Source: Longivirga aurantiaca (GTDB lineage: Bacteria; Actinomycetota; Actinomycetes; S36-B12; CAIYMF01). Taken from it: 32,000 nucleotides of DNA. This document shows, piece by piece, positions 8,993 to 17,770 of the stretch. The number at the start of each line of letters is the position of its first letter. Positions within the stretch are counted from its first letter, which is position 1. The stretch covers positions 1,929,876 through 1,961,875 of the forward strand of contig NZ_JBHSTI010000008.1 in assembly GCF_042660085.1 (NCBI RefSeq), in the 5' to 3' direction. The notes beneath the pieces were generated by a model. The model did no database searches and was not told the DNA's origin. It saw only the letters and a program-made list of their open reading frames with translations. The translations under genes were made by a program, and so were the position numbers.

Positions 8993-9142
8993 CCCGCCCC
9001 CTACGGTGGGGGTCACAACTGAACACCCGCGCCTGACGTCCAGGGGAAGCCGGTCCGAATCCGGCGCTGAACCCGCAACCGTAGGTGGTCGACCCGTTGA
9101 GGACGGGAGCGGCCGCGAGCCGGAGCACCTGGCGGGCGCGAG
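8993..9142 (+). promoter_or_regulatory. Cobalamin (adenosylcobalamin-class) riboswitch; boundaries approximate
   Basis: Core GGGGAAGCCGGTCCGAATCCGGCGCTGAACCCGCAACCGTA and B12-box-like GAGCCGGAGCACCTGGCGG. P1 candidate: CCCGCC 8993-8998 with GGCGGG 9131-9136. Lies upstream of an ECF/cobUTS operon. Confidence 0.9.
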
Positions 9143-9206
9143 ATCGGCTCACATCCGTCGAGGTCTACGGAACGAGCCCGGACCGTCCCCCTGGTCCGAC
9201 CTCTCG

Positions 9207-9250
9207 CCCCTCGCGCCCGGTCCTCACGGACCACGGCTCGAGGGGTTTTT
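9207..9250 (+). terminator. Intrinsic terminator of the cobalamin riboswitch (attenuator)
   Basis: CCCCTCG (9207-9213), inner GGTCC-TCAC-GGACC (9219-9232), CGAGGGG (9239-9245), then TTTTT (9246-9250). Confidence 0.88.
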
Positions 9251-9310
9251 CGTCGTACGGGGAGCAGTCCGGACCACTTGGTTCGTGCCCGCTCCACCGA
9301 AAGGACCCCC

Positions 9311-10696
9311 GTGGTCACGCTCTCCCCCGGACGCGCTCCGGCCGTACGTCGCTCGCTCGCCGGCCTGCTGGCCGCCGCCACGGTCATCGCCTCCGCCGCG
9401 CTCGGCGCCGCGCCGGCCTCGGCCGCCGAACCGGTCCAGGTGGGGCTGTTCGGCACGCAGGACCCGACCTACGACGGCGTCTTCCGCCAGTCGCTCTCGC
9501 TGCTCGCCTTCGTGTCAGCAGGCGAGGAGCCCCCGGCCGAGGCGGTCGCCTGGCTGCTCGACCAGCAGTGCGCCGACGGCGGCTTCCAGGCCTACCGCTC
9601 GGACACCTCGGCGCCGTGCACCGAGTCCGACCCGGTGAACTACGTCGGCGAGGACTCCAACTCCACCGCGCTGGCCTCGGCAGCGCTCACCGTGCTCGGT
9701 GAGCTCGACGCGGCGGACGCGGCCCTCGGCTGGCTCGAGTCCGCCCAGAACGCCGACGGCGGCTTCCCTTACTTCCTCGGCGGCACCTCCGACGTGAACT
9801 CCACCGCGATCGCGCTGCTCGCGACCAACGCCGTCGGCCTGTCGCCCAGCCAGGTCACCAACGGCTCGGCGTCGGCCGCCGACTACCTCACCTCCCTGCA
9901 GGTCGGCTGCCCCGGCGCGGCCACCGACGAGGACGGCGGGTTCGCGTACGCCGACTTCTCGGCCGGCACCGCGAACGACTCCGCCACTGTGCAGGCGGCG
10001 CTCGCGATCACGGGCGCTGCGCTGCCGTTCGTGGCCGACCCGCCGTCGCTCGACATCCCGCGCGCCGACTGCCCGGCACCCGCCGCGGCCCCGGCCGCCA
10101 CCACCGAGGCACCGGCCGCTGCGGCCGCTGCGGTCGACCTGACGCCGGCCGAGCTCGCGGGCGGCTACATCGCGCGCACGCTCACGGCGTACGACAACGC
10201 GATCCCCGAGCTCGACTTCGGCACCGGCCTGCGCAAGCCCGGCACGGTGTCGGCCGGGGACACGGCCTGGGCCGTGCTCGCGCTCTCGGCCATCGGCGTC
10301 GGCGGCGACCAGCGCGACGCCGCCCTCGACGTGCTGCTCGGCCAGGTCGGCGGCGGGTCCGCCCGCAAGGCCGCGGCCGCCTCGGTCTCGGACGAGGCAC
10401 CGGGCCTGCTCGCCCTCGCGGCGCTGGCCGTGGTGTCCGCCGACGGCAGCCAGGCCACCGTCGAGGGCCTGGTGGCCCGGGTCGGCGCGACGATGCGCAC
10501 CGCACCGGCGTCGTCCAGCCCGACGCCGTCGCCGACCGGCAGCACCGAGCCGACCCCGTCACCCACCGACGCCGGTGGCCTCGCCCCCTCGGGTGCCTCG
10601 CCGCTCACGCCGGGCCTCGCCGGGTCGGGTGCTCTGCTGGTCCTGCTCGGTGCCGCAGCGCTGCTGGTGTCACGCCGCCAGGGGTCGCACGCATGA
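9311..10696 (+). CDS. Exported prenyltransferase/squalene-oxidase-repeat (alpha/alpha barrel) protein; candidate corrinoid-binding, transcobalamin alpha-domain-like surface protein
   Basis: GTG at 9311 preceded by SD GAAAGGA. Signal peptide LLAAATVIASAALGAAPASA; repeats LLDQQCADGGFQ, LESAQNADGGFPY, DEDGGFAY; Pro/Thr-rich stalk; C-terminal TM + RRQ tail. Directly downstream of the B12 riboswitch. Confidence 0.85.
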   Translation: MVTLSPGRAPAVRRSLAGLLAAATVIASAALGAAPASAAEPVQVGLFGTQDPTYDGVFRQSLSLLAFVSAGEEPPAEAVAWLLDQQCADGGFQAYRSDTSAPCTESDPVNYVGEDSNSTALASAALTVLGELDAADAALGWLESAQNADGGFPYFLGGTSDVNSTAIALLATNAVGLSPSQVTNGSASAADYLTSLQVGCPGAATDEDGGFAYADFSAGTANDSATVQAALAITGAALPFVADPPSLDIPRADCPAPAAAPAATTEAPAAAAAAVDLTPAELAGGYIARTLTAYDNAIPELDFGTGLRKPGTVSAGDTAWAVLALSAIGVGGDQRDAALDVLLGQVGGGSARKAAAASVSDEAPGLLALAALAVVSADGSQATVEGLVARVGATMRTAPASSSPTPSPTGSTEPTPSPTDAGGLAPSGASPLTPGLAGSGALLVLLGAAALLVSRRQGSHA

Positions 10697-11643
10697 CCGC
10701 CGCACGCCGGGGCACGGCGACCGCCCGCGCGGTCGCCGTCCTCGGCGTGCTCGGATCCACCCTGCTCGCCCTGCTCGTGGCCGCTGCCGTGACGGCACCG
10801 GCCGCCGAGGCGGCGTCGTACCGGTACTGGACCTACTGGTGGGGCCAGCCCGGAGCGACGTCGTGGACCTTCGCCCAGCTCGGTCCGGCCAGCGACCGGC
10901 CGAAGGACGGCGCCGTGATCGGGTGGCGCTTCGCCGTCACCACCGAGAGCGGCGGCAAGAAGTCGCCCCGCGCCGCGCTGCCGTTCGCATCGCTGTGCCC
11001 GCAGCTCACCTCGGCGCCCGACGGCCAGAAGCGCGTGGCGGTGGTGGTCGACTACGGCTCGACGTCGGACGCGCCCCCCGGCGAGCAACCGCCCGGCGGA
11101 GGAACCGTGCGCGTCGAGTGCGTGACCGCGGCGTCGAACGCCAACGCGGTCACCGTGCTGACGACGGCCGGGGTGTCGCTGCGCGTCGGCGGCAACGGGC
11201 TGGTCTGCGGCATCGACGGCTACCCGCGCACCGAGTGCGCGGCGGTCGTCGCCGACCCGACGCCGACCCCCACGCGCACGAGCGCCAAGCCCACGCCGAA
11301 GCCGACCACCGCGCGTCCGACGAGCTCGTCTGCCGAGCCGGCGACCACGGCCGAGGTGCCGGCGGCTCCTGCAGGTGGCACCCCGACCACGCCCGCGGGC
11401 GAGACGACGACCCCGGGCGCGTCGGCGTCGAGCGCTTCGGCGTCGAGCACGAGCGCCGCCCCCACCGCGCAGGAGACGGCCGACGGATCGGAGGCACCGC
11501 TGCCGGCGAGCTCCGGTGCTCCGGTGGCGTCCGGCACCGAGGCCCCCGCGGGCGGCAGCCCGCTCGGACCGATCGCGGGTGCAGCCCTGGTCGCGGTCGT
11601 CGGCGCCGGCGCCTGGTGGACCGCGCGCGGGAGGCGGTCGTGA
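10693..11643 (+). CDS. Exported, C-terminally membrane-anchored protein with DUF4430/transcobalamin beta-domain-like motifs (resembles the Streptomyces SCO2322 family, from recall)
   Basis: ATGA overlap with the previous CDS. Contains YRYWTYWWGQPGATSWTFAQLGPASDRPKDGAVIGWRF and AVTVLTTAGVSLRVGGNGLVCGIDGYPRTEC, then a Thr/Pro/Ser/Ala-rich stalk and a TM tail. Confidence 0.8.
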   Translation: MTAARRGTATARAVAVLGVLGSTLLALLVAAAVTAPAAEAASYRYWTYWWGQPGATSWTFAQLGPASDRPKDGAVIGWRFAVTTESGGKKSPRAALPFASLCPQLTSAPDGQKRVAVVVDYGSTSDAPPGEQPPGGGTVRVECVTAASNANAVTVLTTAGVSLRVGGNGLVCGIDGYPRTECAAVVADPTPTPTRTSAKPTPKPTTARPTSSSAEPATTAEVPAAPAGGTPTTPAGETTTPGASASSASASSTSAAPTAQETADGSEAPLPASSGAPVASGTEAPAGGSPLGPIAGAALVAVVGAGAWWTARGRRS

Positions 11644-12797
11644 CGCGTCCCGCCCACCGCCTCGGCGGCAGCGCCCTGCCGCGCTGGACCCATCCGGTCG
11701 CCTGGTGGGTCTGGGCGCTCGGCCTCGCGACCGCCGTCAGCCGCACGACCAACCCGCTCCTGCTCGCGCTCGTCGTCGCCGTCGCCGGCTGGGTGGTGGC
11801 GCGGCGGCGTCCGGACGCTCCCTGGGCACGGTCGTACGCCGTGTTCCTGCGCCTCGGCCTGCTCGTGATCGCGATCCGCGTCGCGTTCACCGTGGTGCTC
11901 GGCTCGGGCTCCGGCACCACGGTGCTGGTGACGCTGCCCGAGATCCCGCTGCCCGACTGGTTCGCCGGCGTCAGCCTCGGCGGCCCCGTCACCCTCGAGG
12001 AGCTGCTGGCCGCCGTGTACCAGGGGATGGTGCTGGCCGCGCTGCTCGCGTGCGTCGGGGCGGCGAACTCGCTCGCCTCTCCCGCGCGCCTGCTCGCCTC
12101 GGTGCCGGCCGCGCTCTACGAGGTGGGCGTCGCCGTCGTCGTCGCGATGACGTTCGCACCGCAGCTCGTGCAGGACGTCGGCCGCGTCCGCACGGCGCGC
12201 CGGCTGCGCGGCCGACCCGACCGAGGTGTGCGTGCGCTCGCCGGCTCGGTGATGCCGGTGCTCGAGGGCGCGCTCGAGCGCGCGGTCGACCTGGCCGCAG
12301 CCATGGACTCGCGCGGCTACGGCCGCACCGGGACGCAGTCGCCGGCGCTGCGCCGCACGTCGGGCGCGCTGCTGCTCCTCGGCCTGGTCGGCATGTGCCT
12401 CGGCGTCTACGCGCTGCTCGACACGGGCGCAGCCGGCACCCTCGGCCTTCCGCTGCTGGTGCTCGGCGTCGCGGCGGGGACGGTCGGCGTGCTGCTCGCC
12501 GGACGCCGCAGCATCCGCACCCGCTACCGGCCCGACCCGTGGGCGCTGCCCGAGTGGATCGTGGCCGCCACCGGCGTGATCGTCGCTGCCGTCCTCGTCG
12601 CCGTCTCGATCACCGACCCGATGGTGCTCGTCGGGCCGGTCTCGCCGCCCGCGTGGCCCGCCCTCCCCCTCGTGCCGGTCGCCGCGATCCTCCTGGCCGC
12701 GCTCCCGGGCCTCGTCACACCGCCGCCGCCCGGCATGATGGCGATCGCGTCGTTGCCGGTCCGCACGGACCGCCAGGCGGAGGGGGTGGCCGCGTGA
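11640..12797 (+). CDS. Energy-coupling factor transporter transmembrane protein (EcfT/CbiQ family)
   Basis: GTGA overlap with upstream gene. Multispanning, with motifs HPVAWWVWALGLATAVSRTTNPLLL and MTFAPQLVQDVGRVRTARRLRG...AAAMDSRGYGR characteristic of EcfT. Confidence 0.9.
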   Translation: MTRPAHRLGGSALPRWTHPVAWWVWALGLATAVSRTTNPLLLALVVAVAGWVVARRRPDAPWARSYAVFLRLGLLVIAIRVAFTVVLGSGSGTTVLVTLPEIPLPDWFAGVSLGGPVTLEELLAAVYQGMVLAALLACVGAANSLASPARLLASVPAALYEVGVAVVVAMTFAPQLVQDVGRVRTARRLRGRPDRGVRALAGSVMPVLEGALERAVDLAAAMDSRGYGRTGTQSPALRRTSGALLLLGLVGMCLGVYALLDTGAAGTLGLPLLVLGVAAGTVGVLLAGRRSIRTRYRPDPWALPEWIVAATGVIVAAVLVAVSITDPMVLVGPVSPPAWPALPLVPVAAILLAALPGLVTPPPPGMMAIASLPVRTDRQAEGVAA

Positions 12798-14425
12798 TCC
12801 GCTTCGAGGACGTCACCGTCACCTACGACGGCGCCTCCGCTCCGGTGCTGAGCAACGTCGACCTGCACATCCCCGAGGGGGAGCTGGTCCTGGTCGTCGG
12901 CCGCACCGGCACCGGGAAGTCGACGCTGCTGCGCTGCGTCAACGGGCTCGTGCCGCACTTCACCGGCGGCACCCTGCGCGGACGCGTCACCGTCGCCGGA
13001 CGCGACACGCGCACCCACCCGCCTCGGGAGCTCGCCGACGTCGTCGGCGTCGTACCGCAGGACCCGCTCTCGGGGTTCGTCACGGACATCGTCGAGGACG
13101 AGCTCGCCTACGGCATGGAGTCGATCGGCCTCGCACCCGACGTCATGCGCCGTCGCGTCGAGGAGACCCTCGACCTGCTGGGCCTCAACGACCTGCGCAA
13201 CCGGGCGCTGCGCTCGCTGTCCGGCGGCCAGCGCCAGCGCGTGGCCATCGGCGCGGTGCTCACCATGCACCCGCGCGTGCTGGTGCTCGACGAGCCGACG
13301 TCCGCGCTCGATCCCGGTGCGGCCGAAGAGGTGCTGGCTGCGCTGCAGCGGCTCGTGCACGACCTCGGCGTCACCGTGCTGCTGGCCGAGCACCGGCTCG
13401 AGCGCGTGGTGCAGTACGCCGACCGCGTCGTCGTCGTGCCCGGCGCGGGCGAGCCGCTCGTGGTCGGGACGCCGGCCGAGGTCATGGCGACCGCACCCGT
13501 GGCACCGCCGGTGGTCGAGCTCGGCCGCCTCGCGGGCTGGTCTCCGCTGCCGCTCTCGGTGCGCGACGCCCGCCGCGCCGCCGGACCGCTCCGCGAGCGC
13601 CTCGAGCCGCTCGTCGCCGAGGCGGCCCTGCGCTCGCGGCAGTCGCTGCACGTCGTGTCCGGCGACCCGGCGGTGTCGGCTCGCGACGTCGTCGTACGCC
13701 ACGGTGCGATCGCCGCGCTGCGCGGCGTCACCGTCGCCGCCGACCGTGGCGAGATCGTGGCGGTGATGGGGCGCAACGGCGCGGGCAAGTCGACGCTGCT
13801 CTCGACGTTCGTCGGCCTGCACACCCCCACCAGCGGCAGCGCGACCGTCGGCGGATCGGTCGCCTCCACGCTGCGCGGGCGCGACCTCGTGAGCCGCGTC
13901 GGGCTCGTGCCGCAGGAGCCCACCGACGTGCTGGTCGCCGACCGTGTGGCCGACGAGTGCACGTCGGCCGACCGCGACGCCGGTGCGGCGCCCGGGACCG
14001 CGCGCGCCCTGCTCGACCGGCTCGCGCCCGGCGTGCACGACGACACGCACCCCCGCGACCTGAGCGAGGGCCAGCGCCTCGCGCTGGCGCTCGCGGTCGT
14101 GCTCGCGGCGCAGCCCCCGGTGCTGCTGCTCGACGAGCCCACCCGCGGCCTCGACTACCCGGCCAAGCAGAGGCTCGTCGCCACGCTGCGCGAGCTCGCC
14201 GCGGCCGGGCACTGCGTGATCCTCGCGACGCACGACGTCGAGCTCGCCGCCGAGGTGGCCACGCGCGTCGTCGTCCTCGCCGAGGGCGAGGTGGTCGCAG
14301 ACGGCCCCGCCACCGAGGTCGTGGTCGGGTCGCCCATGTTCGCGCCGCAGGTGAGCAAGGTGCTGTCGCCGCAGCCGTGGCTCACCGTCGCCGAGGTCGC
14401 AGCCGCCCTCGTGGTGGCGTCGTGA
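12794..14425 (+). CDS. ECF transporter ATPase, two ATP-binding domains in one chain (EcfA-EcfA')
   Basis: GTGA overlap. Two Walker A motifs (GRTGTGKST, GRNGAGKST), signatures LSGGQRQR and LSEGQRLA, Walker B VLVLDEPTSALD and VLLLDEPTRGLD. Confidence 0.93.
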   Translation: MIRFEDVTVTYDGASAPVLSNVDLHIPEGELVLVVGRTGTGKSTLLRCVNGLVPHFTGGTLRGRVTVAGRDTRTHPPRELADVVGVVPQDPLSGFVTDIVEDELAYGMESIGLAPDVMRRRVEETLDLLGLNDLRNRALRSLSGGQRQRVAIGAVLTMHPRVLVLDEPTSALDPGAAEEVLAALQRLVHDLGVTVLLAEHRLERVVQYADRVVVVPGAGEPLVVGTPAEVMATAPVAPPVVELGRLAGWSPLPLSVRDARRAAGPLRERLEPLVAEAALRSRQSLHVVSGDPAVSARDVVVRHGAIAALRGVTVAADRGEIVAVMGRNGAGKSTLLSTFVGLHTPTSGSATVGGSVASTLRGRDLVSRVGLVPQEPTDVLVADRVADECTSADRDAGAAPGTARALLDRLAPGVHDDTHPRDLSEGQRLALALAVVLAAQPPVLLLDEPTRGLDYPAKQRLVATLRELAAAGHCVILATHDVELAAEVATRVVVLAEGEVVADGPATEVVVGSPMFAPQVSKVLSPQPWLTVAEVAAALVVAS

Positions 14426-15282
14426 CGGCCACCGCGCTCCCGCCCCGCGACGACGTCCGCGTGGTCCATGTCGGCAGACCGGCTGCCGTCCGCATCGGCC
14501 GCCGCTCGCTCGCCGCGATGGTCCTGGCCAGCGCGGTCGGCATCGTCGCCTTCGCCTGGCCGCTGATGGCACCCGCCGGCTCGTCGATCGTGGCGCATGC
14601 CGCCGACGCCCCCTGGCTCTTCGCCGCGATGCTTCCGCTCGTGCTCGCGGTCGTCCTCGCCGAGGTCGCCGACGGCGGCCTGGACGCCAAGGGCATCGCG
14701 CTGCTCGGGGTGCTGTCGGCCGCCGCTGCCGCGCTCCGGCCGTTCGGCAGCGGGCACGCCGGCTTCGAGCCGATGTGGATCGTGCTGGTGCTCGGCGGCC
14801 GCGCGCTCGGCCCCGGCTTCGGCTTCTGCCTCGGCGCCGTGGGGATGTTCGCCTCCGCGATGGTGACGGGCGGCGTCGGGCCATGGCTGCCGTTCCAGAT
14901 GGTCGGCGCGGCCTGGGTGGGACTCGGCGCGGGCCTGCTGCCGCGGGCCGGCGGACGGCGCGAGCTCGGGCTGCTCGCGGCGTACGCCTTCGTCGCCGCG
15001 ATCGCCTACGGCTTCCTGCTCAACCTGTGGTTCTGGCCGTTCATCACCGCCGACCAGGGGTTCCCGGCCGGGCTGTCGTACGTGCCGGGCGGCACGTTCA
15101 CCGAGAACCTGCAGCACTGGATGCTGTTCAACCTCACCACGTCGCTCGGCTTCGACATCCCGCGCGCGGTGCTGACCGTGGTGCTCGTGCTGGTGGCCGG
15201 TCGGCCGGTGCTGACCGCCCTGCGGCGGGCGTCGAGGCGCGCGGCGTTCGAGGTGCCGGTGCGGTTCGAGGACGTGCGCTGA
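14422..15282 (+). CDS. ECF transporter S component, likely cobalamin/corrinoid-specific (CbrT-like)
   Basis: GTGA overlap. About 6 [47 protein letters not shown] typical of ECF S components. Specificity inferred from riboswitch and cobUTS context. Confidence 0.8.
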   Translation: MTATALPPRDDVRVVHVGRPAAVRIGRRSLAAMVLASAVGIVAFAWPLMAPAGSSIVAHAADAPWLFAAMLPLVLAVVLAEVADGGLDAKGIALLGVLSAAAAALRPFGSGHAGFEPMWIVLVLGGRALGPGFGFCLGAVGMFASAMVTGGVGPWLPFQMVGAAWVGLGAGLLPRAGGRRELGLLAAYAFVAAIAYGFLLNLWFWPFITADQGFPAGLSYVPGGTFTENLQHWMLFNLTTSLGFDIPRAVLTVVLVLVAGRPVLTALRRASRRAAFEVPVRFEDVR

Positions 15283-16691
15283 TGCGGGCGCTGGTCCTCG
15301 GCACCGGATCGGCGGACGGCTGGCCGAACCCGTTCTGCGAGTGCGCCTCCTGCACCTGGGCGCGCACGAGCGGATCGGTGCGCACGACCACCTCGGTGCT
15401 CGTCGACGACGTGCTCCTGCTCGACTTCGGCCCGGACACCCCTCGCCAGGCCTCGCGCGCCGGACGCAGCCTCGCCGGCCTCGCCGCCGTCCTCGTGACC
15501 CACGCGCACCACGACCACCTCGACCCGGCCGCACTGCTCGCCCGGTCGTGGGCGGGGCCTGCGTCGTCGCTCCGCGTGGTGGGCCCGCCGTCGGTCGTCG
15601 ACGCGTGCGAGCACTGGATCGGCCCGCACGACACCGTGGCGCTCACCGCCGTCGCGCCGGGCGACGTCCTCGACCTCGACGGCTACGCGGTCCGCGTGCT
15701 CGCTGCGGCGCACGACGTCGGCGCCGACGCCCTCACCCGCGACGCCGTCCTCTACGACGTGACCGCGCCCGACGGGTCGCGGCTGCTCTACGCGACCGAC
15801 ACCGGGCCCCTGCCCGACGCGACCGTCGCGGCGCTGGCCGGCTCGGCGCTCGACCTGCTGCTGGTCGAGCAGACCTTCGGCACCTACCTCGACCACGGCA
15901 CCGGCCACCTCGACCTCGCGACGCTTCCCGGCGAGCTGCGCCGGCTGCGCGAGGTGGGCGCCCTCACCGACGCGACCGACGTCGTGGCCGTGCACCTCAG
16001 CCACCACAACCCGCCGGGGCCCGAGCTCGCGCGGGTGCTCGCGCCGTGGGGCGTGCGGACCGTCGACGACCTGACCGAGATCGAGGTGGGTGCGGTGCCG
16101 GACGCAGCGACGGCGATGCTCCCGCGGCGCACCCTGCTGCTCGGGGGTGCCCGCTCGGGCAAGTCGCACGAGGCCGAGCGGATGTTCGCCGCGACGGCCG
16201 ACGTCGAGTACGTCGCCACCGGCGGATCGCGCGACGGCGACGACGAGTGGGCCGCGCGCGTGGCGCTGCACCGGGAGCGCCGCCCGGCGTCGTGGACGAC
16301 CACGGAGACGCTCGACGTCGCGAAGCTCCTGCTCTCCCCGGGCCCGCCCGTGCTGCTGGACTGCCTCTCGCTCTGGCTCGCGGGCGTCCTCGACGCCTCG
16401 GGCGTCTGGGCGTCCGAGCCGGGCACGGCCGGGCGCGCGGCCGCGCTGGCCGAGGTGGAGCGCGAGGTCGCGGCGCTGGTCGACGCGGTCCGACGTACGA
16501 CGCGCACGCTCGTGCTCGTGTCGAACGAGGTCGGCAGCGGCGTCGTGCCCGAGCACGAGTCGGGCCGCCTCTACCGCGACGCGCTCGGACGCCTCAACGC
16601 CCGCGTCGCCTCGGAGTGCGACGCTGTGTCCCTCGTCGTCGCAGGGACCGTCCTGCCCCTCAAGCCCGGAAGCAGCGCAGCAGCACCGTGA
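15282..16691 (+). CDS. cobU: Metallo-beta-lactamase-fold hydrolase (PhnP-like) fused to adenosylcobinamide kinase/guanylyltransferase CobU
   Basis: TGATG overlap. N-terminal [24 protein letters not shown]...THAHHDHLD; C-terminal CobU with Walker [56 protein letters not shown]. Confidence 0.93.
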   Translation: MRALVLGTGSADGWPNPFCECASCTWARTSGSVRTTTSVLVDDVLLLDFGPDTPRQASRAGRSLAGLAAVLVTHAHHDHLDPAALLARSWAGPASSLRVVGPPSVVDACEHWIGPHDTVALTAVAPGDVLDLDGYAVRVLAAAHDVGADALTRDAVLYDVTAPDGSRLLYATDTGPLPDATVAALAGSALDLLLVEQTFGTYLDHGTGHLDLATLPGELRRLREVGALTDATDVVAVHLSHHNPPGPELARVLAPWGVRTVDDLTEIEVGAVPDAATAMLPRRTLLLGGARSGKSHEAERMFAATADVEYVATGGSRDGDDEWAARVALHRERRPASWTTTETLDVAKLLLSPGPPVLLDCLSLWLAGVLDASGVWASEPGTAGRAAALAEVEREVAALVDAVRRTTRTLVLVSNEVGSGVVPEHESGRLYRDALGRLNARVASECDAVSLVVAGTVLPLKPGSSAAAP

Positions 16692-17770
16692 CCGTCGACC
16701 TCGACGCCCTCGTCGCACGCATCGACCTGCCCGACGACGACGCACGCGCCGCCGCGGCCGAGCGGCAGTCGCGGCTGACCAAGCCGACGGGCGCGCTCGG
16801 GCGGCTCGAGGAGCTCTCGCTCTGGCTCTGCGCGGCGCAGGGCGTGTGCCCGCCTCGACCGCTCGAGCGCGTGCGCGTCATCGTGCTCGCGGGCGACCAC
16901 GGGATCGCGCGCACCGCGGGCACCAGCGCCTACCCGCCCGAGGTCACCGCCCAGATGGTGCTCAACTTCCTCGCCGGCGGCGCGGCCGTGAACGTGCTCG
17001 CGCGGCAGAACGGCGCCACCGTCCGAGTCGTCGACGTCGCGGTCGACGTCGACTGGACCGAGCTCGGCGCATCGGTGCCGGACGACGTCGTGCGCGACAA
17101 GGTGCGCAGGGGCAGCGGCTCGATCGACCGCGAGGACGCGATGACGCGCGAGGAGGCCGAGGCGGCCTTCGCGCTCGGCGTGCGCATCGCCGACGACGAG
17201 GTCGATGCGGGCGCGGATCTCCTCATCCCCGGCGACATGGGCATCGGCAACACCACTCCGGCGGCGGTGATCACCGGGCTCTACACGAACCAGGACGCGG
17301 CGTCGGTCGTCGGTCGCGGCACCGGCATCGACGACGCGACGTGGATGCGCAAGACCGCGGCGGTGCGCGACGCCATGCGCCGCGGGCGGGCGGTGAAGGG
17401 CGACCCGATGGCGCTGCTGACCACCGTCGGGGGCGCCGACATCGCAGCCATGACGGGGCTGCTGCTGGGCGCGGCGGCACGGCGTACGCCGGTGCTGCTC
17501 GACGGCGTGGTGTCGTGCGCGGCGGCCCTCGTGGCGCAGCGGGTCTCGTTCCGCGCGCGCGAGTGGTGGCTCGCCGGGCACCGGTCGACCGAGCCGTCGG
17601 CGGCCGCGGCGCTCGACCGGCTGCGGCTCGAGCCGATCGTCGACTACGGCCTGCGCCTCGGCGAGGGAACCGGCGCGTTGGTGGCGCTGCCCGTCCTCGT
17701 CGCGGCGGGCGCGACCCTGCGCGAGATGGCGACCTTCGACGAGGCCGGCGTCTCGGACCGGGAGGCCTGA
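16688..17770 (+). CDS. cobT: Nicotinate-nucleotide--dimethylbenzimidazole phosphoribosyltransferase CobT
   Basis: GTGA overlap. Motifs [71 protein letters not shown]. Confidence 0.96.
   Translation: MTVDLDALVARIDLPDDDARAAAAERQSRLTKPTGALGRLEELSLWLCAAQGVCPPRPLERVRVIVLAGDHGIARTAGTSAYPPEVTAQMVLNFLAGGAAVNVLARQNGATVRVVDVAVDVDWTELGASVPDDVVRDKVRRGSGSIDREDAMTREEAEAAFALGVRIADDEVDAGADLLIPGDMGIGNTTPAAVITGLYTNQDAASVVGRGTGIDDATWMRKTAAVRDAMRRGRAVKGDPMALLTTVGGADIAAMTGLLLGAAARRTPVLLDGVVSCAAALVAQRVSFRAREWWLAGHRSTEPSAAAALDRLRLEPIVDYGLRLGEGTGALVALPVLVAAGATLREMATFDEAGVSDREA

Noticed and set aside
11280-11560. Thr/Pro/Ser/Ala-rich low-complexity segment in the second surface protein
   Set aside because: As a separate finding: it is a cell-wall-spanning stalk, already covered under the B12 operon.
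12524-14884. 786-aa minus-strand ORF opposite the ECF ATPase gene
   Set aside because: Arg/Gly/His-rich antisense artefact; the plus strand encodes two intact ABC ATPase domains.
15006-16745. 579-aa minus-strand ORF opposite the MBL-CobU gene
   Set aside because: Antisense artefact; the plus strand carries both sets of catalytic motifs.
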